Of a stretch of 64,000 nucleotides of DNA, positions 18,653-26,390 are shown piece by piece (positions within the stretch are counted from its first letter, which is position 1; every line of letters starts with the position of its first letter). The notes below the pieces were generated by a model, which worked only from the letters and a program-made list of their open reading frames with translations, had not been told where the DNA came from and searched no databases. The stretch is from an uncultured Gammaproteobacteria bacterium (GTDB lineage Bacteria; Patescibacteriota; Patescibacteriia; SG8-24): NCBI GenBank assembly GCA_964491475.1, contig CAZBFO010000003.1, positions 136,766 to 200,765 on the forward strand, in the 5' to 3' direction. The translations under genes were made by a program, and so were the position numbers.

Positions 18653-19426
18653 ATGAAGTACCTCGTCGGCAACTGGAAAATGCAGCTCAACGAAAAGGAG
18701 TCCGAAGCGCTGGCCGCAGAAGTGGTTCGGCTGTGGGCGGCGCAGGGGGCCACCAAGCCAGGCGTCACCGTCGTGCTTTGCCCCTCGCACATGGCGCTGG
18801 AAGAAGCGGCCAAGGTCACGCGCGGCACGCCCGTGGCGCTCGGAGCGCAGGACGCCTTTTGGGAGGACAAGGGCGCCTTCACCGGCGAGATTTCGCCGAA
18901 GACGCTCAAGGAGCTCGGCTGCGAATTCAGCATCGTCGGTCATTCGGAACGTCGCCAGTATCTGGGCGAGACGGACGAGATGGTCAACAAGAAGGCGCTG
19001 GCGCTTCTCCGCAACGGCCTGACGCCGATCATCTGCGTGGGCGAGACGCTCGACGAGCGCAACGCCGGCCGCCGCGACGCGGTGGTCATCTCGCAGGTGC
19101 GCGCGGCATTGGCCGGCGTGCAGCTGGTCGGCACGCAGCGCGTCATCATCGCCTACGAGCCGCGCTGGGTCATCGGCAGCGGCAAGGCCGTTTCGCCGGA
19201 GGACGCCGCGGAAATGCATCACCTCATCATCGGTTCGCTCCAGGAGCTGTTCACCCCCGAAGTCGTTGACCGCCAGTTCTCGGTCATCTACGGCGGAGCC
19301 GCCGATTCCAAGAACCTCGCCGGCTTCTTGGCGATGGACGTCATTCACGGGGCTCTCGTGGGCGGCGCTTCGCTCAAGCCGCAGGAATTCGCGTCGATGG
19401 CCGAAATCGCGGCTGACGCAAAATAA
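18653..19426 (+). CDS. tpiA: triosephosphate isomerase
   Basis: MKYLVGNWKMQ N-terminus; active-site and loop-6 motifs IAYEPRWVIGSG and GGASLKP. The ORF-track N-terminal extension (18116) is non-coding R-rich sequence. Confidence 0.9.
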   Translation: MKYLVGNWKMQLNEKESEALAAEVVRLWAAQGATKPGVTVVLCPSHMALEEAAKVTRGTPVALGAQDAFWEDKGAFTGEISPKTLKELGCEFSIVGHSERRQYLGETDEMVNKKALALLRNGLTPIICVGETLDERNAGRRDAVVISQVRAALAGVQLVGTQRVIIAYEPRWVIGSGKAVSPEDAAEMHHLIIGSLQELFTPEVVDRQFSVIYGGAADSKNLAGFLAMDVIHGALVGGASLKPQEFASMAEIAADAK

Positions 19427-19433
19427 CGCGCCT

Positions 19434-20354
19434 ATGTGGATCGACGTTCTCATCGCCATCGTCGTTCTCGGTTGCCTCGGGGGCATCGGGTCCATCGTGA
19501 TGCGGAAGTTTCCGCAACTGACGCTCATCGACACCGAGGCGTTGCCGTTGGAACGCGACGCCAAGCGCAAGAAGGAAATCATCCGCCGCCGCGTCGACCA
19601 CATGACGGGCAGCTTCGGGCGCAAGCTCGCGGCATTCCTGGTCCGCCAGTTCGAGCGCGCGCAGGAGCGCTTCCGTTCCGCCTACCGTCAGCTGCTCATT
19701 TTGGAGCGGCAGTACCGCATGGAGAAGCCGACCACGCCCGAGGGCCTCGCCAACAAGATCATCCAGCTGCTGGACCAGGCCAACGCCGCCCGTCAGGACG
19801 GCGACTTCGGCGCGGCCGAGAAGCGCTACATCGAAGTGCTGTCCATAGATCGCCGCAAGCACGAGGCGTATTGGGGACTCGGCGAGCTGTACTTGGAAGC
19901 CAAACGCTACGAGGAGTCCAAGGAGACCTTTGCCTATCTGGTCCGCATGATCCGCAAGGAGTCGCGCTGCGCCCATTTGGAGACCGGCGCCGTCACCGAG
20001 AAGCCTTGCGAAGCCAGCCCTACGGCCCACTCCGACATCGCCACGGGCTGGTTCAACGCCGGTTTGGCCGCCGAGGCCGGGGGTGACGTCGTTTTCGCCC
20101 GCCAAGCCTTTGAGCGCGCAGTCGTCTTCGGCCCCGCAAACCCCCGCTACCTTGATTTGTTGCTGGACGCGTGTATACTGGGAGGCGACAAATCGAGGGC
20201 TGCAGAGGTGTTCGCCCAGCTGCAGGCCGCCAATCCCGACAACGGCAAGCTCGAGGCGTTCGCCCAGCGCATCGCGGAACTGCCCGATCCGCAGCGCAAA
20301 AAGGGAAAGGTGCGATTCGTCATGGCCGCCCGCGAGGAAGGTGGGGACAAGTAA
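19434..20354 (+). CDS. membrane-anchored TPR-repeat protein
   Basis: The ATG at 19434 follows the tpiA stop. One N-terminal TM helix (WIDVLIAIVVLGCLGGIGSIV) is followed by TPR-like helical repeats (EAYWGLGELYLEAKRYEES...). Confidence 0.55.
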   Translation: MWIDVLIAIVVLGCLGGIGSIVMRKFPQLTLIDTEALPLERDAKRKKEIIRRRVDHMTGSFGRKLAAFLVRQFERAQERFRSAYRQLLILERQYRMEKPTTPEGLANKIIQLLDQANAARQDGDFGAAEKRYIEVLSIDRRKHEAYWGLGELYLEAKRYEESKETFAYLVRMIRKESRCAHLETGAVTEKPCEASPTAHSDIATGWFNAGLAAEAGGDVVFARQAFERAVVFGPANPRYLDLLLDACILGGDKSRAAEVFAQLQAANPDNGKLEAFAQRIAELPDPQRKKGKVRFVMAAREEGGDK

Positions 20355-20426
20355 AAGCAGGCAGGGGAGTTGATACTTTTAAGGACATATCGTAGACTTT
20401 CCCCACATCCGAAACCAGACCATCAG

Positions 20427-20502
20427 GCCGACGTAGCTCAGCTGGTAGAGCATTTCCATGGTAAGGAAAAGGTCACCGGTTCAATCCCGGTCGTCGGCTC
20501 CA
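20427..20502 (+). tRNA. tRNA-Thr (anticodon GGT), CCA encoded
   Basis: Manual cloverleaf. Acceptor GCCGACG/CGTCGGC, D-arm GCTC-AGCTGGTA-GAGC, anticodon stem TTTCC/GGAAA with loop ATGGTAA, T-arm ACCGG-TTCAATC-CCGGT, discriminator T plus CCA. Confidence 0.85.
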
Positions 20503-20609
20503 CTCGATTTTCTTTCGGAACGGCAGCACAATGCGGCCGGTTCGGAAGGCAGCCGAGTGGCTACAAGTTTGCAGAGGCGGTGTCTTTGCGCAAAATAACC
20601 CTTTTATTG

Positions 20610-21074
20610 ATGAATGATGGGGATTTGCGAGAAAGAGAACTTCTGACGATGTGTGCCCTGGCCTTATATTGGGGTGAGGGCGCAAAAAGCATTCGTGCTC
20701 GCGTTGTCGATATTGCCAACAGCGAACCTGCGGTCATCAAGATTTTCCTTCGTTATCTTCGCGAAGTCGTGAAGGTGAATGAGGAGAGGCTGCGAGTCTA
20801 TCTTTATTGCTTCGACGATCAGGACGTAAATGCGCTTATGGACTTTTGGTCCGATCAACTGCGTATTCCACGTTCACAATTCGTTAAGCCGTATATTCGC
20901 GCAGGAGGTTCGGAAAGGACGCGCAAGATGGCTTTTGGCGTCGCTCATGTACGTTATAACGACAAGCGACTGCTAGAGGACATTTTGAAGCAGATAGAAG
21001 AGCTGAAAAACATGGGTAGGTACCGAAGCGGTCAACCGGGAGTGACTGTAAATCACTTGGCTATGCCTTCCTAG
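20610..21074 (+). CDS. LAGLIDADG-like homing-endonuclease candidate (single-motif, 155 aa), low-GC insert
   Basis: The ORF lies in the tRNA-Thr/tRNA-Tyr spacer. The ALYWGEGAKSI segment resembles a LAGLIDGDGSI helix. GC is about 47% against about 65% in the flanks. The last 61 nt, including the stop at 21072..21074, overlap tRNA-Tyr. No strong RBS. Confidence 0.35.
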   Translation: MNDGDLRERELLTMCALALYWGEGAKSIRARVVDIANSEPAVIKIFLRYLREVVKVNEERLRVYLYCFDDQDVNALMDFWSDQLRIPRSQFVKPYIRAGGSERTRKMAFGVAHVRYNDKRLLEDILKQIEELKNMGRYRSGQPGVTVNHLAMPS

Positions 21075-21098
21075 GTTCGAATCCTAGCCTACCCACCA
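21014..21098 (+). tRNA. tRNA-Tyr (anticodon GTA), type II with long variable arm, CCA encoded
   Basis: Acceptor GGGTAGG/CCTACCC, anticodon stem AGTGA/TCACT with loop CTGTAAA, variable arm TGGCTATGCCTTC (GGC/GCC stem), T-arm CTAGG-TTCGAAT-CCTAG, discriminator A plus CCA. 85 nt. Confidence 0.85.
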
Positions 21099-21116
21099 CC
21101 CAACTTTTCACCTCGG

Positions 21117-21192
21117 GCCACCTTAGCTCAGCTGGTAGAGCACCTGTTTTGTAAACAGAAGGTCCCGGGTTCGATCCCCGGAGGTGGCTCCA
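21117..21192 (+). tRNA. tRNA-Thr (anticodon TGT), CCA encoded
   Basis: Acceptor GCCACCT/AGGTGGC, D-arm GCTC-AGCTGGTA-GAGC, anticodon stem CCTGT/ACAGA (one C.A mismatch at the base) with loop TTTGTAA, T-arm CCGGG-TTCGATC-CCCGG. Confidence 0.75.
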
Positions 21193-21270
21193 CCCATCTG
21201 ATGAGGGGCGGCTCTGGACAGATTTCCGCAGATAAGATAGGCTCCTCCCATTGAGTGAACCAACCCCTGT

Positions 21271-21426
21271 ATGTCACAAGACAACCTCGTAAAACTGGAG
21301 TGCACGACCTGCCACCGGGTCAACTACTACTCCCACAAGAACAAGAAGAAGCTCAAGGCTCGCCTCGAGATCAAGAAGTTCTGTGAGTGGTGCGACAAGC
21401 ACGGCGGTCACAAGGAGACCAAGTAA
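21271..21426 (+). CDS. rpmG: 50S ribosomal protein L33 (too short for the ORF track)
   Basis: Translation MSQDNLVKLECTTCHRVNYYSHKNKKKLKARLEIKKFCEWCDKHGGHKETK (51 aa) carries the L33 zinc-ribbon CxxC...CxxC. Confidence 0.85.
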   Translation: MSQDNLVKLECTTCHRVNYYSHKNKKKLKARLEIKKFCEWCDKHGGHKETK

Positions 21427-21452
21427 GCTTGGTCCGCCTGGTCCGCAAAGAA

Positions 21453-21481
21453 GTCAGCCTTCACAAGGGGCTGATTTTTTG
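21453..21481 (+). terminator. rho-independent terminator after rpmG (tcagcc ... ggctga + tttttt)
   Basis: Hairpin 21454..21474 followed by T6. It overlaps the arfB promoter: -35 ttcaca at 21460..21465 and -10 tatact at 21483..21488 with a 17-nt spacer. Confidence 0.6.
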
Positions 21482-21497
21482 CTATACTTAGGCGCAT

Positions 21498-21995
21498 ATG
21501 GGTCCATTTGGTGGAGAAGGTCGCGGCGGGTACGTGCCTCCCGAACATATGACGGAGCCCCAACCGCAGCCCGAAAAACATGACGGTCCTGCCCCGTCCG
21601 TTCCCGAGAACGAGATGCAGTTTACGTTCTCCGCTTCCGGCGGCCCCGGCGGCCAGAACGTGAACAAGGTGGCATCCAAGGCGACCCTGCGTTGGAACGT
21701 CGGCGCTTCGGGAGCCTATTCCGAAGAGCAAAAGCAGCTCATACGCGAGTATGCCGGCAGCTACCTCAACAAAGCCGACGAGATCATCATCCAGTCCAAC
21801 GAACAGCGTTCCCAGCATCAAAACCGCGACAGCGCGGCCGAGCGTCTGCAAAACCTGGTGGCACAGGCGCTGATCCCCAAGAAGGAACGCAAGGAAACCA
21901 AGCCCAGCTGGGGCGCAAAACAAAAACGCCTCGACGAGAAGCGCATGGAAAGCAACAAGAAGAAGGAAAGGCGCCGCGGCGGGGATGACTTTTAA
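21498..21995 (+). CDS. arfB: peptidyl-tRNA hydrolase ArfB (alternative ribosome-rescue factor B, GGQ protein)
   Basis: A GGQ motif (SASGGPGGQNVNKVASKATLRW) and a basic C-terminal tail (KKERKETKPSWGAKQKRLDEKRME) match ArfB/YaeJ. The ATG at 21498 is only 9 nt after the -10, so the transcript may be leaderless. Internal starts at 21549 or 21617 are possible. Confidence 0.75.
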   Translation: MGPFGGEGRGGYVPPEHMTEPQPQPEKHDGPAPSVPENEMQFTFSASGGPGGQNVNKVASKATLRWNVGASGAYSEEQKQLIREYAGSYLNKADEIIIQSNEQRSQHQNRDSAAERLQNLVAQALIPKKERKETKPSWGAKQKRLDEKRMESNKKKERRRGGDDF

Positions 21996-22051
21996 ACGGC
22001 TGGACAAGCCCCAAAAGGCGCGTTATTATCGTCCCACGAAGCTGATCTCAT

Positions 22052-22125
22052 AGGGGATTGGTGAAATGGTATCACAAGGGTCTCCAAAACCCTTGTCGTA
22101 GGTTCGATTCCTACATCCCCTGCCA
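22052..22125 (+). tRNA. tRNA-Trp (anticodon CCA), CCA encoded
   Basis: Acceptor AGGGGAT/ATCCCCT, D-arm GTGA-AATGGTA-TCAC, anticodon stem AGGGT/ACCCT with loop CTCCAAA, T-arm GTAGG-TTCGATT-CCTAC, discriminator G plus CCA. 74 nt. Confidence 0.85.
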
Positions 22126-22220
22126 AGAGCTGATTTGGTGCCAAAGACCGGATACCCTGGCGCAATTGCGCGGTGGTGCCGGTGACTGGATCCCTGCCGC
22201 TCCCACCAAGTCGGCTGCTG

Positions 22221-22256
22221 AAAAATCGCCACGTTGAGTGGTGATTTTTCGTTTTT
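22221..22256 (+). terminator. rho-independent terminator ending the tRNA/rpmG/arfB/tRNA-Trp unit (aaaatcgccac ... gtggtgatttt + tttcgttttt)
   Basis: 10-11 bp stem with one G.U pair and a long T-run. Confidence 0.6.
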
Positions 22257-22329
22257 GGAGGGTTCGATTCCTGTATCCCTTCTTGCGTGCTCGTTTTGCC
22301 TGTCGTGAGCTACGCGCGTGCTACGCACA

Positions 22330-22358
22330 TTGACAAACGACCGAAATTACGCTACATT
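22330..22358 (+). promoter_or_regulatory. sigma70 promoter (-35 TTGACA, 17-nt spacer, -10 TACATT) with a long structured 5-prime UTR
   Basis: ttgaca at 22330..22335 and tacatt at 22353..22358. A UTR of about 185 nt contains the perfect nested hairpin gcagcgaaggc-cgttccggtaacggaac-t-gccttcgctgc at 22397..22436 and a second hairpin cggtcctcgcaggaccg. Confidence 0.5.
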
Positions 22359-22547
22359 TAGGCATCGTACACGTTGTCATGCATTGATAAGCAGGGCGCA
22401 GCGAAGGCCGTTCCGGTAACGGAACTGCCTTCGCTGCGACCATGCTGGTCAACGCCCCGCCTCGGGGTACGAGGATGCGCCGCAGAATGCGGCCTCGGTC
22501 CTCGCAGGACCGGGAACAGTGCCGGCTATCAGCCGGGGAGAATCGAC

Positions 22548-23168
22548 ATGGCAAAGTACGGGCATCGTCCATTGAACTGGTTTGAGGCGATCGTGAACAA
22601 GCTCGGCGGCGAGGAGGCGGCAGAACGTTTCCTCCGCGGCGAGCTGGCGGTCTCCGAGTCGCAACGCAAGTGGCGCGAAGAGGACGGGGTGATTTACCTC
22701 TCGGTCACCTCCGACGGCACCACCGGCCCGCAGTGGATCGAGCGTCTCGAAGCCGCCGGCAACCGCGTGAGCGATTACGCCAAACGGCTGCTTCGCTCCA
22801 AGGACTTCGCGCCGACGAGCGGCGTGAAGTACGAGATCGCCGTCCTGAAGGGCTTGCTCTTCGATGAGGATGTTCGCATCACTGCGAACATCCGCGCGGA
22901 AGCCGAGAAGCGCGGCCTCGCCAAGCCGAACGCGGAAGTCGCCTGCCTCATCCGCGCGAACTTCACGGACAAGGAGATCGAGGCGATGGGTCTCTGGTGG
23001 ATCGTGGTGATGCACGAACCTATCAAGGATTCTGACGGTGATCCGGGCCTCCTGAGCGTGGGCCGCGGCGTTGGCGGTCGTTGGCTCGGTGCCTATTGGG
23101 TCGAGCCTGGCGGCAGGTGGAGTCGCGAGCGCGGGTTCGCGTTCGTCGGGCCGCAAGTCAGCGCTTAG
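22548..23168 (+). CDS. hypothetical Trp-rich protein (paralog A)
   Basis: 206-aa ORF; ATG 22548. C-terminal segment GLWWIVVMHEPIKDSDGDPGLLSVGRGVGGRWLGAYWVEPGGRW. A terminator follows at 23209..23247. Confidence 0.55.
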   Translation: MAKYGHRPLNWFEAIVNKLGGEEAAERFLRGELAVSESQRKWREEDGVIYLSVTSDGTTGPQWIERLEAAGNRVSDYAKRLLRSKDFAPTSGVKYEIAVLKGLLFDEDVRITANIRAEAEKRGLAKPNAEVACLIRANFTDKEIEAMGLWWIVVMHEPIKDSDGDPGLLSVGRGVGGRWLGAYWVEPGGRWSRERGFAFVGPQVSA

Positions 23169-23210
23169 TGCCTTGATGCGTTGATCTTCTTGGAAACTTA
23201 GCCCTTAGCC
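23160..23210 (+). repeat. direct repeat copy 1 (gene 3-prime end plus flank: agcgcttag-tgccttgatgcg ... cttag-cccttag)
   Basis: It matches copy 2 at 24069..24112 (agcgcttag-cgcttggtgcg ... cttag-acccttag). Both copies start at the last Ser-Ala-stop codons of their gene. Confidence 0.55.
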
Positions 23211-23492
23211 CGTCTCTCACATGCGTGGGAGGCGGGTTTTTCATTTTGGCAAGTTCGATTCCCGTTACCGTTTCGTCCGCAGTTTAGGCGTCGGTCATAT
23301 TGACAAAATGGCATTTTTATGCAATAAATAAGGGTCAATAAGGGCCAAGAAGCATGAATCCCCGAATTCGCCCCAACGGGAAGCTGCCGGAAATCGGCCT
23401 CTTCCCGTCGCGGTGAACGTCGCTTATGGTGAGCGTCCGATCCTCGGCAAGCCGATGTGTCCCATAGTGGGATGAGTCGGCAAGGAGACAGC

Positions 23493-24077
23493 ATGGCAAG
23501 CGAACAGTTCAAGTTGGGAGTAGGCGCGGCGCACGAGTTCGAGATCGCCTTCCGCAAGGCCGGAGGAACGAACTCGGACTTCACTCGCATGACCCAGAAT
23601 GAGGAGAGGCTTCGACAGATCCTCGCCATCGTCAGGGGTGCGGTCAAGATCGAGATCGTCGGTCGCCTTATCGACTGCGACGCGGACCCCTTCGTCCCCG
23701 AGGGGTGGTCGGTCGAGGAGCACCGCAAGGGCGGGCTCATCGACCTCGCAACGATGAAACTGTCACTTTTCCTCGCGGAGCAGCAGAAGAAGGGCAGTAT
23801 CGGCTAGTCCGCGACCACCCTGCGGAGGTCGCGGGCGCCGATACTGAACGCCAACGTTCTGGATTACCTGGTCGCCAATTCCGAGCTCATTCCGAACGAG
23901 TGGAAGGGCAAGGACGTGTTCTTCTGGCGCACCATCTACCGCGACCGCGACGGCAGCCTGTTCGTCCGCTGCCTCCTCTGGCTCGGCGACGGCTGGGGAT
24001 GGGACTGGAACGACGTCTGGCTCGACGACGGCTGGGGCCCGTTCCGCCCGGCCGCGTGCGGGAAAGCTAGCGCTTAG
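23493..24077 (+). pseudogene. paralog B of gene 22548..23168, interrupted by an in-frame TAG at 23805..23807 (nonsense pseudogene or stop-codon readthrough candidate)
   Basis: ATG 23493 has a strong SD (caaggagacagcATG). The same frame continues across the TAG for 90 more codons, ending WRTIYRDRDGSLFVRCLLWLGDGWGWDWNDVWLDDGWGPF. That tail aligns with the C-terminus of paralog A, and the duplicated 3-prime flank follows. A perfect 8-bp hairpin ccgcgacc/ggtcgcgg lies 2 nt after the TAG (23809..23834). Terminator at 24134..24171. Confidence 0.45.
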
Positions 24078-24133
24078 CGCTTGGTGCGCTCTGCACTCTT
24101 AGACCCTTAGAACTGTGTCCTCGGACAAGCTTT

Positions 24134-24171
24134 CGCCCCGCGCATGCCATTGGCAGCGCGGGGCGTTTTCG
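24134..24171 (+). terminator. rho-independent terminator (cgccccgcgc ... gcgcggggcg + ttttcg)
   Basis: Perfect 10-bp GC stem with a 12-nt loop and T-run downstream of paralog B. Confidence 0.6.
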
Positions 24172-24282
24172 TATCATCGGCGCAATGGAAAAAATCAGAG
24201 ATTTGTTCTAAACACGGATGCTCCTGCCATAAAATCCGAAATAAAATAGCCGCCCAACGCATGAAGCGCAGGGCGGCCGTGG

Positions 24283-24651
24283 TCAGTTGATCAAGAGATT
24301 CACACGCCGCGCGACTACGGAGATGCCCCCATAGTAGCCGTTGTGCTCGTTGTGAGTGCAGACCGTGAACGTACCGTTGCTCGTCATGACAACGAGGAAC
24401 TGCACTTCATGGACGTGATCGGAGTCATCGTCCGCGCCTGAAGGCGCGTCTCGGACCTCGATCCCGTGCAGCACGCCGCCGACCGCCTCGGAGAGGTCGT
24501 CGTCGGTGTGCATGTAGCGGCACTCGCAACAAAGCCGCATGTCGTCGGCAAGGCAAAGCGCCATCCCGTCCGAAAACCGGATGGTCAGCTCGCCGTCCAA
24601 CTTAATGCAGGAGATCGTCTTGCCAATGAACTCACGGACTACGTTTTCCAT
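24283..24651 (-). CDS. hypothetical protein
   Basis: ATG at 24651 with ggag 8 nt upstream. The ORF-track start at 24663 is GTG without an RBS. 122 aa, Cys/His/Asp-rich. Confidence 0.45.
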   Translation of the reverse strand: MENVVREFIGKTISCIKLDGELTIRFSDGMALCLADDMRLCCECRYMHTDDDLSEAVGGVLHGIEVRDAPSGADDDSDHVHEVQFLVVMTSNGTFTVCTHNEHNGYYGGISVVARRVNLLIN

Positions 24652-24837
24652 GTTCTTCTCCACTCGGGTGAGGTGCGTTTACTAACGCGGCTCCCGGGCG
24701 GTCAGGTGCATGAAACACGCAGACATATATGCTTATCAGATTTTACGCGGTTTGTCAATGTTCGAAGGATGCTTTTACAAGCATTTCTCAACAAAAAACC
24801 GCCGACCCTAGTCGGCGGTCCGAAAGTTCCCTTCTAC

Positions 24838-25734
24838 TCAAGTCCCTCGCGGACCGACTTTCCACACCAAGGCCAAGTAATCCCGTACCCGCAGCAACCG
24901 TCCTTCGCCGCGATCACGCGCCTGCGTCCAATGGATCGCCGGCACCAGATGATGCTCGGCGTGCAAGTTCCTTTTGATGAGCAGGAACTCGATCGGCGCG
25001 GGGAAGGCCAAGTTCCAGGAGCGTGCGTACTGCTCGTCGAGGGAGACGATGCGGCGTAGTCCTTGGTCCGCGATCTCTTCGGTGCGGTAGTGCTCGCTTT
25101 GGGCGAACAGCACGTCGATGGGCAGGAGCAGGAACATCGGCAGGTACCAGGCCACGAAGACCTGGACCGGCAGCAAGTACCAGCTCGTTCCAGCAACGAA
25201 GCCGATCGCCACGATGGCAATCGGCACCGCCCAGCGAACGGCACGCACGAACGGCTTGTCGCCGCCGAAAGATGCCAGCGCCACGGCGGAGTAGGCGAGA
25301 ATGCCGCGGATGCGTCCGAGCTTCTGCCGCGCCGATAGCTCCGGCCAACCAGCCACCATTTCCAGGTACGCCGGCGCTTTGTAGAACGGGCGTTCCGGGT
25401 CGTTGACGGTGTTGGCGAAGCGGTGGTGGTCGAGGTGGAAGGTGCGGTAGGTGTCGAAGTCGATGCTTAACAGGGCGGCGGCGATCTTGCCGAGAGACCT
25501 GTTCCAGCCGCGGCTTCGGGCGAAGAGGTTGGCGTGCACCGTCTGGTGCACGAACTCGCTCAACCCCGAGAGGTGGCCGACGAACAGCGGCAGCAGCAGC
25601 AACGCCCACCAGGTGTTCCATAGCGCGATGAGCAGGCCCCACGATGCGGTGAAGGACGTGACCCAGAGGGCGTCGGCCAGCGCGAATCTTGCCTTGCCGG
25701 TCTTTGCGGACGCCGGCGTCTTTTTGTCATTCAT
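24838..25734 (-). CDS. membrane fatty-acid desaturase / hydroxylase family protein (di-iron histidine-box)
   Basis: Histidine boxes HLDHHRF and NLHAEHHLVP plus several TM helices. ATG at 25734 (MNDKKTPAS) has an aaagga RBS. Confidence 0.65.
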   Translation of the reverse strand: MNDKKTPASAKTGKARFALADALWVTSFTASWGLLIALWNTWWALLLLPLFVGHLSGLSEFVHQTVHANLFARSRGWNRSLGKIAAALLSIDFDTYRTFHLDHHRFANTVNDPERPFYKAPAYLEMVAGWPELSARQKLGRIRGILAYSAVALASFGGDKPFVRAVRWAVPIAIVAIGFVAGTSWYLLPVQVFVAWYLPMFLLLPIDVLFAQSEHYRTEEIADQGLRRIVSLDEQYARSWNLAFPAPIEFLLIKRNLHAEHHLVPAIHWTQARDRGEGRLLRVRDYLALVWKVGPRGT

Positions 25735-25880
25735 TCTGACCGGTCCTTTCTTGCGGGAGAGGTCGCGCGCAACATAGCAGTTTTTGCATCGAAAGTCAAA
25801 GGGTCGTGAATGCGGTTTGGCCACCCTGCCCTCGATGCTGTACACTAGCGGGCAGAGAGGTATTCCTAACCTAAGCGACT

Positions 25881-26300
25881 ATGGAACTCAACTACGGTGC
25901 CATCATGTTGGCGTCAGTCATCCAGTTCGTCATCGGCGGCATTTGGTACATGCCGATGTTCGGCGACACGTGGGGCAAGATCCACGGCTTCGACCGGAAG
26001 TCCAAGGAGGCGCAGGCGGCGATGAAGAAGGGAATGGCGCCCTTGTTGGGCGTGCAGTTCTTGGTAACCATCGTTACCACCTCCATCTTGGCGCTGTTCA
26101 TGCAGGCGCTGCCGCACGATTGGAACGCTTACGGCATGGCCGGCTTCTTCTGGCTTGGCTTCGTCCTGCCGACGCAGATCAGCGCGGTCATTTTTGGCGG
26201 CACCGATCCCAAGTGGGTCCGCACCAAGATCAGCATCGCGGCCGGCGGTTCGCTCGTCAGCCTGGAGGCAGCGGCTGCCGTGCTCGCTTATCTGAAGTAA
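25881..26300 (+). CDS. small integral membrane protein (DUF1761-like)
   Basis: 139 aa, four predicted TM helices. Putative promoter upstream (ttggcc ... tacact). Confidence 0.5.
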   Translation: MELNYGAIMLASVIQFVIGGIWYMPMFGDTWGKIHGFDRKSKEAQAAMKKGMAPLLGVQFLVTIVTTSILALFMQALPHDWNAYGMAGFFWLGFVLPTQISAVIFGGTDPKWVRTKISIAAGGSLVSLEAAAAVLAYLK

Positions 26301-26390
26301 CACGGATAGCAGGGAAAAGGGCGCCGGCATCGTGCTGGCGCCCTTTTTTGGCTCCTTTCGGAAATATTCCAGTCCGGTATACTCCCGGAC

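Noticed and set aside
22130-22215. tRNA-like fragment (gctcccacca) after tRNA-Trp
   Set aside because: No complete cloverleaf could be folded. It is probably 3-prime trailer sequence before the terminator.
22026-22328. 100-aa minus-strand ORF
   Set aside because: It overlaps tRNA-Trp and the terminator/promoter region and has no RBS.
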